This document shows, one piece after another, positions 1-14,724 of a stretch of 64,000 bases of DNA. The stretch is from the human T2T-CHM13v2.0 reference genome, Homo sapiens, in contig CP086569.2 in assembly GCA_009914755.4 (NCBI GenBank), forward strand, positions 16,544,001 through 16,608,000, read 5' to 3'. Numbering within the stretch: position 1 is the first letter of the stretch; each line of letters opens with the position of its first letter. The position numbers and the translations under genes were made by a program. A model generated the notes under the pieces. That model was given only the letters and a program-made list of their open reading frames with translations. It was not told the origin of the DNA and made no database searches.

Positions 1-519
1 TTTGTGGGTTTCAGAGGGGAGGAAGTATTTGCTGATTGGTCCATGGACTGCCATGGCCAGGCCCAAAAAAAGCACCTTCAGTTCTCACTCTGGTCTAGTC
101 AGCCCAGGGCCCAGGCTTCAGGCACTCCATGGCTTGAAGGTGGAGCTTCAAATGGGACCTGCCCCTTTCCAACTAGGAGGTGTCTGCCTTCTGCTGCCAT
201 CAACTTGCCATCCATGGTGCCCACAGCAACCAGACTGTTCATGCCTACAGACATCTGCAGGCCCACACCAAGAACCCTGAGCCCCACCCATTGGCCTCCT
301 CCTGTGCTCATCAGTGCCTAAAGCCCAGAGGGGGCTGAGGCAGCAGAAGGCTGGTATATCATTGCGGTCCCAAGCATGCACACACACAGCTGGGTCATGA
401 TAGTGTCTGACCTTGGCCTCAACCTTGCTGCCAAATCAGAGTGGATGCTGGTAGTGGTGAGAGGCCAGGCAGTTGGAACAGGCACTTTCGAGCCTGTACA
501 GGAAGGAGGGCTTCCCAGC

Positions 520-933
520 TGATATGGTTGGTCTAGGTCATCACCCAAATCTCATCTTGAATAGTAACTCTCACAATTCCCATGTGTCATGGGAAGAATC
601 CAGTGGGAAGTGATTGAATTATGGAGGCAGGTCTTTCCTGCACTGTTCTTTCAATAGTGAATGAGTCTTACATGATCTGATGGTTTTAAAAGTGGGAGTT
701 TTTCTGCAGAAGCTCTCTTTTGCCTGCCACCATCCATGTAAGATGTGACTTGCTCCTCCTTGTTTTCTGCCCTAATTGTGAGTTCTCTCCAGCCCCATGG
801 AACTAAAAGTCCATTAAATGGACTTTTTTTTTTTCTGTATAAATTACCTAGTCTTGGTTGGTAATTTTTCCTGTATAAATTACCTAGTCTTGGTTGTGTC
901 TTTATCAGTGGCATGAAAACAGACTATTCCATC
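520..933 (+). mobile_element. THE1/MST-family (ERVL-MaLR) solo LTR
   Basis: Starts TGATATGGTTGG...CCCAAATCTCATCTTGAA. Ends ...ATAAATTACCTAGTCTTGG..TCTTTATCAGTGGCATGAAAACAGACTATTCCA, the canonical THE1/MST termini. Carries an internal ~36 bp tandem duplication (835-896). Confidence 0.8.
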
Positions 934-1223
934 AGCCCCTGAGAGCACAAGAATGCCCAGTTCTTCAGCCATGTCTGGGTGGCAGCATCTGTGCCCATGA
1001 GGGTGGGGCTCCACCCCTCCAACTTGAAAAGCAGTGGGGCTCCCAAGTGTTTCTAGCTCCCATCTTCTCAATGGAGTGCATGGCCCTGGCCATGCTTCCC
1101 CCACTGTAGCCAGCGTCACGGCAGTGGCCACTCCAGATGGGTCACTGTTGCCATCACAAGTACCCTTTGCCCATGCTCAGATGTTCTTTTCATCCATATA
1201 ATGCATGTTTTATTCTATTCTAG

Positions 1224-1693
<470 letters not shown>

Positions 1694-2398
1694 ATTTATT
1701 TCTGTCTCAGCAGACTTCTTTGCAAGTCTTACCTGTTGTTCTGGGCTCTCAAACTCTTGAAATCATCCACTGTCCTCTCTCTATGAACTTTTTCCATCTG
1801 AAATTTTCTTTTGTAACATCAACCTCTTTCTCTCCACCCTCCCCTCCCACCCTGTGTCCCTCTTAGGAAGATTTCCTTCAAACCTCCTTCCGTGATACAC
1901 TAATGCTTCATTACATTCGTAGTTGCACTCAAGATTTTGCCACATCTTAACACAGTAGTGCATGTCATTGATTTGACTTCTACCTTTCCAGCTTGCCCTT
2001 CAACCATTGAACATGCCTTCTTACACAGTTTTCCATTTGGAGCTCTTCTTTCCAAATTCTCTAGTAGTCTTCTAGTTGCCTACTTAACTGGTCTCTATTC
2101 ATGTTCCTTCTAATGGAATGCTCAGTGCAATTTGACACTGCTAACCAATGCTTCTTTTTTCCATCTACCCCTTTTAAAAATGTTTTAGATTCAGTGGGCA
2201 CATGTGGAGGTTTGTTACATGGGAAATTTCGTAGTGTTGGGGTTTAGACTTCTATTGAACTTATCATCCAAATAGTGAACATAGCACCCAATAGATTATT
2301 TTTAGCCCTCGTACCCCTTTTGGAGTCCCCATTGTGAATTGTGCCATTTTTATGTCCATGTGTAACCATAGTTTAGCTACCGCATTTTGTTGCTGTTC

Positions 2399-2676
2399 TT
2401 TGAGGTGAAGTTTTTCTCTATTGCCCCACCTGGAGTGCAATGGCTTGATCTTCGTTCACCTCAATCTCCACCTCCTAGGTGCAAGCAATTCTCCTGCTTC
2501 AGCCTCCCGAGTAGTCACAGACATGTGAAAACATGCCCAGCTAATTATTTAATTTTTAGTAGAGACAGGGTTTCACCATGTTGTCCAGGCTAGTCTTGAA
2601 ATCCTGACCTCAAATGATTCACTGGCTTTGGCCTCCCAAAGTGCAGGGATTACAGGCATGAGCCACTGCACTTTGC
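2399..2676 (-). mobile_element. Alu SINE (antisense)
   Basis: GGAGTGCAATGG...TTCAAGCAATTCTCCTGC...GGGATTACAGGCATGAGCCACTGCAC. Confidence 0.9.
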
Positions 2677-2744
2677 CACTTTAGCTCCCACTTCTAAGTG
2701 AGAACAAGTGGCATTTGACTTTCTATTTCTGCATTAATTCACTT

Positions 2745-2990
2745 AGAATAATGACCTCTATCAGCATCCATGTTGCTGCAAAGGACATGATTCATTCTTT
2801 TTTATGGTTGTATAGTGCTCCATGGTGTGTATGTGCCACTTTTTCTTTATCCAACACACCATTGAGGACCCTTAAGTTAATTCCATGACTTTGATAGTGT
2901 CAATAGTGTTGCAATAAACATGTGCACACAGGTGTCTTTTTTATGAAATGATTTGTTTTCCTTCGGGCAGATACTCAGCAGCTGGTCAAT
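2745..2990 (-). mobile_element. LINE-1 fragment (ORF2 3' region, antisense)
   Basis: CATCCATGTTGCTGCAAAGGACATGA...TATGTGCCACTTTTTCTTTATCCA...GCAATAAACATGTGCACA matches antisense L1 ORF2 C-terminal region. Confidence 0.75.
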
Positions 2991-3865
2991 CTTTCTTGTT
3001 GTGTCTAGAACACTACACATTCTAAGTTGTCTTCTTATCTCATGAGATCATTCAGTTTCCTTTGCTGAATTATCTGTTTCCCCACTATTCCTCCATTATC
3101 CTATCCCTGCTGCCTTTATATTAAGTATAGGGATTTTTCCTTTCCTATTCTTGCTACCTTTACATTAAGTTTAGGTATTTCTCCTTTGACATTTTTCTCC
3201 CCTCAGCTGATACTGTCTCCTGATTGTAACTATTTTCATAAAAATGACTTTCAATTCCTTTCCCTCCACTAGCTTCCACCTTTACCTAGAGTTTCCCTCA
3301 GTATTATAAATTCCTTGTTAGACACTTTAACTCAACACATTCCAAACAAAATGAATTAACTTTCCTTTCTCTGAGGGGGAGGAAACAGATACATTCCCCC
3401 TCTATCTTATGGTTCATTGTATTACCATCTTTCAATTTATTTAGTCTCAAAATGTGGAAGTCACCTTTTATTTCCTTCTCAATGTTTCTTTCAATTTTTA
3501 TCAAGTTGTGTTCATTTTACTTTAGAAATATCTCTTGAACTTGTAATCTTTTATTGATTCCAAATGGCAGTCTCTTAGTTCAGGGTCTTGTCATCTCTGA
3601 TCTAGATTAGTTCTGATTGATCATTTTTCCTGCAGCTTCCTGCTCACACTAATCTATTCTACAGACAAATGCAAGAACTATATTTCTCAACACTCATTCT
3701 CCAACTTTATCTTTTTCATCTTCATTGGCTCTTGTCTCTGTATTTCTTAATCTCTGGCTTTATCAGATAACTTGCCATTTCCTCTTTTTGTTTGTGGCCA
3801 TCTATGTTGGTTCATGTTAGTCTGGAATGACTTTTCTTCCCCACTACAAGTCTGTATTTGTTTTC

Positions 3866-4485
3866 TGTAAGTCCCATAACAAATTACCACAAACATAACA
3901 GCTTAAAATATCACACCTTTATTATCTCACGGTGATGTACATCAGAAGTTGAGATGGGCTTGGCTTGTTTCTCTGCTGGAATCCCTCGGATGGCAGGAAT
4001 CAAGGTGGTCAGTAACCTGACCTCTTATCTGGAGATTCTGAAGAGAGCCCACTTTCCAGATCACTCTGGTGTTTGGAAGATTTAGCCATCAGACTGAGAT
4101 CCCCTTTTTTCACTGGCTGTCAGCCAGGAGCGATTCTCAGAAACTTATGGCTACCCGCGTTCCCTGTCATGATACCCACTCCATCTCCAAACAAGCAACA
4201 ATGCATTGAGTCTTTCCCATGCTTGGAATCTCTCTCTGACTATTCCTTCTACCACATCTTCCACTTCAGCAGGGGAAATTTCTCTACTTTTTAGGGTGCA
4301 TGTGACTAGATAGGGTCCACCACAATAAGTCAGGATTATGTCCATCTCTTAAACTCTGTAATCTTAGCTCCAAATGCAAATGTAATTCTTATGTAACTTT
4401 GCATATTCATAAGTTCCAGGGATTAGAGTGTGGACATTATTGAGATGGAGAGTGGGGAGGGCATTTTGCCTACCACAAAATTGCA
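3866..4485 (-). mobile_element. MLT1-like MaLR LTR
   Basis: Reverse complement begins TTGTGGTAGGCAAAATGCCCTCCCCACTCTCCATCTCAATAATGTCCACACTCTAATCCCTGGAACTTATGAATATG. Ends ...ATAAAGGTGTGATATTTTAAGCTGTTATGTTTGTGGTAATTTGTTATGGGACTTACAG, an MLT1-style 3' terminus. Confidence 0.55.
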
Positions 4486-4939
4486 GTGATTTTTCAGAAT
4501 ATGAACTCTATCTCTATAGAATAATTTTCACTTAGTTGCATCCTTCAAGGTATTACCCTGACCTTGTACTTGTTAATGTCCTCTGACAATTATGTTATGC
4601 AGTATTTTATTGAAGGAACCTATTTACATATATGTCTCCCATCATCAATATTAAATTACATGAAGTCAAAAAACATACCCTAATCACTTTGACATCCATG
4701 TGCAGAATCTCATAGTGTCTTATCTGTTTTTGTCAAATAAACTGAGTATGTTCCATCACAATTTGTTGAAAGCTTATTAAACCTTTGTTTTATCTGAAGT
4801 ATTGTTATCTTTAGATGATAAGCAATTTGAAGACATCAGGTAATGCTAAACATAATGGGTGAAACTTCATCAGTGTTACATCAAGGAACATTGATGTATG
4901 TAGAAAAATAAATACCCCACATATTCATTGTATTAATTG

Positions 4940-5250
4940 CATATTGCCACATAACAAAATGCCACAAATTTAGGGACTTAAAATGACACATATTTATTAT
5001 TTTACAGCTACTAAATGTTAGGAATCCAGGTATGCATTCACTGCATCTTCTGTTTCAAAGTCTCCCACAAAGCTATTATACAATCATAAGCCAGGGCTGG
5101 GGTCTTACCTGAAAGTTTGGGTGAGGAAGGAGTTTTCTCTACACTGATGTGGTTTTTGGCAGATCCACTTCCTTCTCAGGTATTTGGAGAAGCCTCCATT
5201 AGTTCTTTATCAGGTGGCCAGCTCCAACATAGCAGATTGTACCCACCAAG
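4940..5250 (-). mobile_element. possible MaLR-type LTR fragment
   Basis: CCACATAACAAAATGCCACAAATTTAGGGACTTAAAATGACACATATTTATT resembles the reverse complement of MaLR LTR 3' ends (..TGTTGTTTAAGCCACCCAGT..TGGTATTTTGTTATGGCAGC). Weak. Confidence 0.3.
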
Positions 5251-6009
5251 TATGAAATTTGAGATGGTAAGAAGATTTTAAAACAAGGCAGGAGTTAAAA
5301 TATTTTGCAACCTAATAATTAAAGTGATACATCATCATCTTTGTCATATTTTATTTGTTAGAATCAGGTTACTAAAGCAGCCACACAGAAGGGAAGGAGT
5401 TACACAGGTTGTGGGTTGTCAGGAGGCAGAACCACTAGAGGCCATGTGCGCATCAGCTTGTCATATACACCTATTCAGAGACACAGATACATAAGCAGAT
5501 TATTTAGTAGACAAAAAACCATGTGCGTTGGAAGGAGAGAATGAAAGCAACTGATTATAGAGTTTGGTGGTATTGTGACCAAGTACTTAAGTGCAGGTGC
5601 TGATATTTTGAGGAAAATGATTTAGGAGTCAGAGAGAAAATGAATGGAACTTTTATTTATAAGATCTCCTTCCCAAGCCTAAAGTTAGTGGTCTTCACGT
5701 AAATGATCAAGTCATGTCTTAGTGGTTAACAACCCTGTCTGCCCACTTCTAAACATATAAAAGTATAACACATTTCTGGGTGCAGAAATGAATATGTTTC
5801 TAGAATGGTAGTTCTCAGCTATTTTGGTCTTAGGACTTCTTTTCAGTCTTAAAAGTTACTGAGGAACTGAGAGATTTCACTTTATGTGGGTATATCTATT
5901 GATGTTTACTAAATTAGAGGTTAAAATTGAGACATTAACAATGTTTATGAATTTATGTCAAAGTAACAGCAATAAACTTATTCCAGGTTAACATAAAAAC
6001 AGGTTTGTA

Positions 6010-6027
6010 AAAAAAAAAAAAAAAAAC
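6010..6027. repeat. poly(A) tract
   Basis: Run of about 18 A. Confidence 0.9.
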
Positions 6028-6599
6028 TATATTTCCCAAAGCAAAAGAAAATTGTGAGATAGAAAATGTTCTAGATTTTTGAAAATCTTTTCAATGTTCG
6101 GTTATAACAGAAAGCTGGATCCCCATATCAGCTGACGTGCTTAATCTGCTGCAATATATTGTTTTAATTTGTGTGTATGAAGAAAATTTGGCCTCTCACA
6201 GAGATATAGTAATAAAACAATTAGATAATTGTGGATATTCTTCTTTAATACTACACCAAAACTCAAAACTCAACACTGATAGTTTCTTAAATGTTAATTA
6301 AAAAGTGTAAGTGGAACCCATATCAAAACCTTTCTGTTCCCTTAATATTAAAACTTGTTGTTTTATCTTACATTTAGAATATATCTTGACCCATGCATGT
6401 TTTGGAAAATATTGATTCACTAAGTTATACACAACTTGCAAATATTCATACATTCATTACACAAGATAAAAAATTTACATTTATTGACAGCACCATTCAT
6501 TTGACTAGGGAATAATTTAAGTGTTGGGAGGTCCTGGCATCAGATGTAAGATTTCTATGATTTTATTTTTTTCTTGAAATCTTGAATCATATCCTCAAC

Positions 6600-7195
6600 A
6601 GCAAATACTGTCAGTTGTTTTTCATGAAGTGAAAGTCTTACTTTGTTCATGTTTCAAAAAATGTCTGCCAAATAGCCAGGTCTGAATTTCCATAGATTGA
6701 CTGTTAGTCTTTGAAATATAAATGGTAGCTGCTATTTCACTTCACCACTGAAATAGTGGAATATGTTCTTTTACTGGAGACAACATCTAGCTTCATCGTG
6801 TAGCAGAAGAGCTTTGTGTGTACTTCCCATCTCATCAGGCAGAATATTAAAAAGACAGGTATTCTGGAGATGGTCAAGAAAATTAATTTTTTATGTGAAA
6901 CTAGCATCCGTTGACTGAAACCACATGGTGGTGGTGAATAAGTAGTAGTACCATATGGGGTCACTGCCTTGTCTAATGTCTAATATGCCAACCATTTTGA
7001 CTACTGCTTGTGCACCATCAGTGCAATTGTTAGCAAGGTAAAAACAAAACAAAACAAAACAAAACTCTGTGACATCTCAGCATTATGATGAAACTAGATG
7101 TGTTCTCCAGTATCTCTTGAAACATCTTCTGAATTCCCAAGGGTCTGAGATTTAAACTTTACTATTTACTGCCCTGCACTACAGCAAGCTGCATG
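6600..7195 (+). repeat. unclassified interspersed repeat, copy A (paralog of 10050-10700)
   Basis: Shares ..GTCACTGCCTTG..GTCTAA.ATGCCA..CATTTT..TGTGCACCATCAGTGCAATTGTTAGCAAGGTAAAAA..GTGACATCTCAG.ATTATGAT.AAA.TAGATGTGTT.. with copy B, including a 36 bp exact match. Truncated on the right by the L1 at 7210. Confidence 0.4.
7041..7066. repeat. (AAAAC)n microsatellite
   Basis: AAAACAAAACAAAACAAAACAAAAC. Confidence 0.9.
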
Positions 7196-7209
7196 TTTCA
7201 GTGGTTTTC

Positions 7210-8459
<1,250 letters not shown>

Positions 8460-9671
8460 TTTCAGTGGTTTTCTAAAAGGAGATTACAAATGTTAAGATC
8501 TACTTAACTTAGAACTACACTGTGATCCCTACTATCAGCTCTTCAGCTACAGTTCAGCTAAACATTGTCTTCCTCTCGTATCACTTCTCTGGACACCAAA
8601 ATGAAGCAAAAGTTCTCAACTTAGGAAGAAATTCAATACTGGGTATTTCTATTTGAGCCAAAATTAGATGTTCAGAGCCTCCTGCTTTGTTGTTGTTTGT
8701 TTTTGGTTTTGATCAATTGACTTGATTTTATTCATTTGTTGTAGTTTGATGAATGTCTGTCTAATGAGACCCAATACCTCTTTGAGAATATTGTGCCTTT
8801 CCTAATTAGTTATACCACTCTTTGAAATATTAAACACTTTAAAGATCTTTGTTAAAAATAAAGAAATATGTATGATTTAATCAAATGATGGAGAAAATAA
8901 CGATATAGTTTAGTCTCTAAATCCCATAGAGAATACAGCTGTTTTTTTTCTGTAACAGCAAAATGGCAAATTGGAAATAAAGGCAAATTGACACAAACTT
9001 TCAATTCCATCTTCTAAAACACACCTTGAAAAGCTCATTGAAATATGTAACAGAGGCAACATTAGCAATTATGAATTAAAGCAGTTAGAGGGAGAGAGAA
9101 ATAGAAGTTAAAATGAAAATTGATTGAATAATAACCTAACTCTTAAAAGTGAGTGTTCTATAATTGCTCTTAATCAATCCAGTTTGCACAGTGAAAATAG
9201 CTTAACACGGAGTGGGGATTCTCAATGTTCATCGCCCAGCAGCATTTCCATTTTAAAGCTTGTTTGGCACAATGTAGGTCAGGAATTTGTATAAATGCTT
9301 TGATTATGGACAATTTTCTATCCCAGGTGTTATCACTTCACACCTGCCAAATATCTGATTTCCCAGGTTGTGTCAGTATGCCTTTCCATCATGAAGCACC
9401 AACTTGTATATCTTCTCCACAGCATGATGGAGATGACAGAGTTTTGGGTTCTACTAACAAGGATCTGGCAATGATAATGGGGAATTCCTTCATATTCCTC
9501 TGAGCCTCAGTTCACTTTTCTGTGAACTGTGAAAAAAAATCTTCAAGATGTTGTAAAAGTTAGAAATCATATATGTGGAACACTTTTCACACAGCAGACA
9601 CTCAATAAGCCTAAGTATTGTTTTTATTTTGTGGAGCACTATGAAGGCAACACTCAATAAACATAAGTATT

Positions 9672-9983
9672 ATTTTATTTTAGTTTATTTATTCATTTAT
9701 TTTGAGACAAGTTTTCTCTTTATTGCTCAGCCTGGAGTGCAGTAGTGTGATTACAGCTCACTGCAGCCTTAACCTCTTAGGATCAAGCGATTCTTCCACC
9801 TCAGCCTGCCAAGTGCCTACGACCACAGGTGTGCACCAACATGCCTGGCTGATTTTTAAATTTTTTGTAGATATGGGGTCCTACTACATTGCCCAGGCTG
9901 GTCAAAAACTCCTGAGCTCAAGTGATCCTCCTGTCTTGATCCCCCAAAATGCTGGGATTATAGGCATAAGCCACCATGCCTGG
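9672..9983 (-). mobile_element. Alu SINE (antisense)
   Basis: TTTGAGACAAG..GCCTGGAGTGCAGTAGTGTGATTACAGCTCACTGCAGCC...GGGATTATAGGCATAAGCCACCATGCCTGGC. Confidence 0.9.
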
Positions 9984-10049
9984 CTAACTGTTGCTTTCAT
10001 AAGGGCTATTCTGTATTATAACATAGCCAGTTTCCCATTTCACTGATGG

Positions 10050-10700
10050 CTGAGAAAAGTATTTGAAAAAATAATTCAATTATCCTCGCAATTCACCTCC
10101 TACAAAACACATTCTCCAAGGCATTTTATTTATCACTGACAAACCAGCTTTTACTCTTAATTTGTTTATTCACCATGCCTTGGTGAATGATGAGTAAGTG
10201 GTAGTGCAGTGTGAGGTCACTGCCTTGATCAAGTCTAAGATGCCAGCATTTTTGCCTGTGCACCATCAGTGCAATTGTTAGCAAGGTAAAAAGAAAAGCC
10301 AGTGACATCTCAGTATTATGATAAAAATAGATGTGTTTTTCATAATACCTTGAAGCATCTCTCTCACTCTCAGTGGTGTCAAGCCTGAGCTTTTCAGGTT
10401 TGTAATGGTCACCTTTTCATGATAAACTCTGGACAAATGTCCTCCATGTCCGATGTCCTTGTTGATGATTTTTGTAGTCCGCATATCTAGAACCCTCAGA
10501 GCAAGTGGGGTTTGCTAACATGACTATCATAATTCTTTCATTTGCTACTGTCGTGGCAGCTTTTAGGTTCCAGGATAAATTTGCTATGACTTGGTGATCC
10601 TCCAGAGAGTCTACTTTGAATAATCATTACCAAGACCTGCTTCAAAATAATCAGCCCACTCTTGCCTTACCTTTGTGTTCAGCATTCTGAGAAGAGATAA
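10050..10700 (+). repeat. unclassified interspersed repeat, copy B (paralog of 6600-7195)
   Basis: See copy A. Core (about 10190-10340) is roughly 85-90% identical to 6940-7110 and the flanks are more diverged. Could also be an ancient local duplication. Confidence 0.4.
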
Positions 10701-10972
10701 AAGAGAGGAACACAAGAATGCCTTAGTTACTATCTGTGGTTCTTATGCATTATTAATTTTCTTAATAAAAAAGCCATATGCATGTCAAGATTGATTAGAA
10801 TCCTGAATGGCATATTTAATTTTACAAGGGCCATACCATAACTTCCAGCAAACAGAAGTGATGGTTGAGAAGGAATGACTCACCATCCTACTAGCTATAC
10901 TAACAGTTACACATGAATATCATGTCTAATGATGTCAATCAAGCTGTCTCATAACTTTATGTATACACATCC

Positions 10973-11273
10973 TTTTTTTTTTTTTTGAGATGGAGTTTCA
11001 CATTGTTGCCTGGGCTGGAGTGCAATGGCTAGATCTCAATCTCAGCTCACTGCAACCTCTGCCTCCTTGGTTCAAGCAATTCTCCTGCCTCAGCCTTCTG
11101 AGTAGTTGGGATTACAGGCAACTGCCATCACACTGGCTAATTGTTTTTATTTTTAGTAGAAATGGGATTTCACCATGTTGGCCAGGCTAGTCTCCAACTC
11201 CTGACCTTAGGTGATCTGCCCACCTTTGTCTCTGAAACTGCTGGGATTACAGGTGTGAGTCACCATGGCTGGC
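10973..11273 (-). mobile_element. Alu SINE (antisense, poly-T at left)
   Basis: TTTTTTTTTTTTGAGATGGAGTTTCACATTGTTGCCTGGGCTGGAGTGCAATGG...GGGATTACAGGTGTGAGTCACCATGGCTGGCC. Confidence 0.9.
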
Positions 11274-13661
11274 CTGTCTACACTTGTTTTTCCTAATTGA
11301 AATTAATTGGAGTCAATGTATATCAAACAGTTCAACTTATTCATCTAATTTAAATAAAGTCATTCAGTTATTTTTCCTCCTAATGAGCCTGGCTTTTTTT
11401 TCTTCTTCTTATCAATCTGCCCTTTGATAGGCCTTTCTATCACAATGAATTTTTCATATCCCAGGCTCTCAACAGCCTCATAAGTCAGGTGAGATTCAGG
11501 ATCTGCCTGATAATGGGGAAATAGTTGGTCAGTTCAGTCACATTGTGAAAGCAGTTAAGGCAGGGAGGAGTCAAATTCTTCAAACTTAGTGGCAGCAAAT
11601 ATTTGTTCCACACAGTAATTATTTTATAGATGCTGAAAAAATATGCCTGAAATAAAGATAACTGTTAGATTGGAATTTTTTGACCTTGTCATTCTGTATT
11701 CACAACTGTGGACAACTAAATAGTCTCAGAATATTTTGAGAGCTTTTTCCACATAAGTGACTTATTCATAGGGAAGGCTGTATTACCATCTCTTTACAAA
11801 ATCTGTAATTGACAATGACCTTGGAATTAGTAGGTATGATTACTACATGAGGTGTTTAGAGCAATGTCCTGTATTTTCTAAAAACTACATGTTATGAGTA
11901 TCATTTGGGATAACCTCCATGGTCATCTAGAGATGTAACATCCAGAGTTTGGAATGCATCACATGACAGGATCAGATTCTTCTTCTACAATGTTGTGTGC
12001 TCATATAAATCAGTTCTTCATAGTGCCAAAATTTCCAAAGGTTGATTGCCAAGGAAACTAAGAAACAAGTTGTGTGCTGAGGGGGCCATCTTGAAACCAA
12101 CATATTCTTCCCTCATTAGCACTCATGTAGATTAATTTAAAAATACAATCCTCATGTTGGTAATTCTATCTGAATGTCATTTGTTATTAATGTTATTATT
12201 GAGTAAATCATGCAGATTTAAACATGGTAATTAAAATTTTTCACATATTATATGGAGAGATGCATGGCTGATGACATGGAAAGGTCATAGCTCTCACAGA
12301 TCTTCCTGGTGATGATGGACATACCAGCATAGGATGTCCCTAAGTGCCAGCTTTAAAGACTCAGCCTGGTCTCAGGAAAACTAGAATCTAATTAGATACT
12401 TTAAGTGTCTTTGAATGGAGCTGTCAGCATATACATCTTGCAGCTGTGAACATTCAGACATGTATATGGCTACAGTTAAAGAAATGAGTGCTAAACATTT
12501 GTGTAATTGTTGATATATGCATCTAGGTGAAAATCAGCTAGTGGAAAATTTACAGAAATAGTCCAAGCCGAATAGAAAACCAGGGCAGTTTTGTCAGTCA
12601 TCTGAGTAAGTGCCGTGATTCTCTTACTCTCTTTTGCTCAGGATTCAGTCTGTTGGATGAATTTATAAAAACAAACACCTACCACAAGGAAAAGAAAAAC
12701 TTGTTGCAATAGCCACAGACTTCCAGACCAGGTAATGAATACATGTCAAAATATTTCACACTGCATTTTATGTGGGTGGAAAAACAAGGAACTTGTATTA
12801 TTGTTTGTGTTGCTTCATATTACTCTATTTCCTCAGCTGATGGGGCAGACAAAAAGCTCAAGCTTCAACTTGCCAGTCAGGATAAAAATCTTCTCTGATC
12901 TTATATTTTGGGTAAATATTCAGTCAACTCAGAATTCAAACTTCATCAGGTTTGAGCCCTTCTCCACTTCATCTCAAAAGCTGCCTCCCAGCCTCATCAA
13001 AAAATGGTGTCTGGGTTCAGGAGAAACCTCTGTAAGTTTGTAGAGGTCAGAGTATGACCTGTGTATTTTCTCTCCCTTCATCTTTCTTTTCGCCCTGATG
13101 AAACACTGGCAGCTGGCAGAGCTTGGAGGCAGTTCTCCGAGTGAAAGAGATCCTTCCAATTGCTGTCATGGCGCTGCCAGTGGGACCCTCAATTTGGCTC
13201 TCCCTGGTCCTATTGCTCATGGATTCTCTCTCTTCTTTCTATTGGTCTCTTGTTTTGGGCATCCCATTTTGCAGTCCTCCAATATGGAGTAACTTCTCTC
13301 TCCATCCAAAAGAAAGGTAAGCTAAACAATATCTCCAGCTGTCTTCTAGGAAGGAACTACTGGCTCTCACATCAGATGAGTATAGGATTTACATAAGAGT
13401 CAATGACAGATGTTTAGGGTGTTCTCCTGGAATTATTTGTCAGGAGACCTTTCTTTCCCCAGGCAAGGGAAGCTACTTATTCTCTACTTGGATTCCTCTG
13501 GCTAGACTTCAGGAGTCTCCTTCTTTTTGAGGTTCTCAGCTTAAAGAACTTAACCTGCCTACATCTCAACTCTCTGGCTTTCCCTCTCCTTCTTCTTATC
13601 TTTAGTTCATCCTCCCAAAATCGAATAACCTATTATTTCATCTTTATATCTAGTGAGAACT

Positions 13662-13875
13662 TTTTTTTAAATTAGATTCTAAATTCTAGGGTACATGAGC
13701 ACAACGTGTGGGTTTGTTTCATGTGTACACATGTGCCATGTTGGTGTGTTGCACCCATTAACTTGTCATTTACATTAGGTATATCTCCTAATGCTATCCC
13801 TCCCCGCTGCCCCCACCCTATGACAGGCCCCAGTGTGTGATGTTCCCCATCCTGTGTCCAAGTGTTCTCATTGTT
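13662..13875 (-). mobile_element. LINE-1 3'UTR terminal fragment (antisense)
   Basis: TTTTTTTTAAATTAGATTCTAAATTCTAGGGTACATGAGCACAACGTGTGGGTTTGTTTCATGTGTACACATGTGCCATGTTGGTGTG...CCCAGTGTGTGATGTTCCCCATCCTGTGTCC is the antisense of the L1 3' end. Confidence 0.75.
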
Positions 13876-14398
13876 GGACTTTCTTTATATGTTAATATCT
13901 GCACTTCTTTGTCTAATTGCTTACAGAAAAATGCCAGGATTATACTTGCAGGTTTTCCTCTTGGTTTATCAAGAAAAATATTATGGACTTAGAAAGTCTT
14001 TTCCTTTGCTGTCAATACTGTGCATGCAAAACTAGACCATCTCTGAAGATTGAGACAGATCCACTTTGCAAGCCCAAAATGGAGTAATGAGATCTTCATT
14101 CTAGGCATGGGTGATTTTTTCTGAAGGAATTAGTTATCCTGGCTCAGTGGATGCAATGGGCAGAGTGTCATGAACTAGCGAGAAGAAAATGTATTTTCGT
14201 TTACTGTTTCAAATCCACTATAAGCTTTATATTTTAATATGCGTGTATTTTCTATTGAATCCCTGATTTCTCATTTACTGCTAGTTATTAAAGTAAGCTA
14301 GTTTATATATTTATAATTAGGAACAGTAGCGATTATAAATTGTAATACCATAAAGGATAGCATGATTTGAGAGCATAAACTGTAAAGATCAGAAGTTG

Positions 14399-14690
14399 CA
14401 GACCAGGGGCAGTTGTTTGTGCCTGTAATCCCAGAACTTTGGGAGGCTGAGGTGGGTGTATCACTTGAGCTCAGGAGTTCAGGACCAGTGTGGGCAACAT
14501 GGTGAGACCTCATCTCCTCCAAAAAGTACAAAAATTAGTCAGGCATAGTGGTACACACCTGTAGTCCCAGTTACTGGGGATGCTGAGGCAGGAGGATAAT
14601 TTTAGCTTAGAAGCCACAGGTGGCAGTAAGCCATGATCACACCACTGCACTCCAGTCCAGTCTGGGCGACAGCATGAGACTCTGTCTCAA
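14399..14690 (+). mobile_element. Alu SINE (sense)
   Basis: GCCTGTAATCCCAGAACTTTGGGAGGCTGAGGTGGGTG...CCACTGCACTCCAGTCCAGTCTGGGCGACAGCATGAGACTCTGTCTCAAA. Confidence 0.9.
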
Positions 14691-14692
14691 AC

Positions 14693-14724
14693 AAATTAAT
14701 TAATTAATTAATTAATTAATTAAT
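14693..14724. repeat. (TTAA)n/(AATT)n microsatellite derived from Alu A-tail
   Basis: TTAATTAATTAATTAATTAATTAATTAATAA immediately 3' of the Alu. Confidence 0.9.

Noticed and set aside
1-1200. GC-richer, repeat-looking sequence on both sides of the THE1/MST LTR (1-519 and 934-1200), possibly MaLR internal (THE1-int/MST-int) sequence, which would make this a partial MaLR provirus and not a solo LTR.
   Set aside because: I cannot recall the MaLR internal consensus well enough to confirm it. Internal sequence on both sides of a single LTR is also topologically awkward. Left unannotated.
9702-10046. 114-aa ORF and other 60-120 aa ORFs in the track (for example 1242..1616, 10990..11190, 20731..20983, 32232..32453, 59005..59235).
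   Set aside because: All lie within Alu elements, where Alu read-through frames give characteristic ..SLLSSWDYR.., ..[12 protein letters not shown].. peptides, or within antisense L1. They are repeat-derived, not genes.
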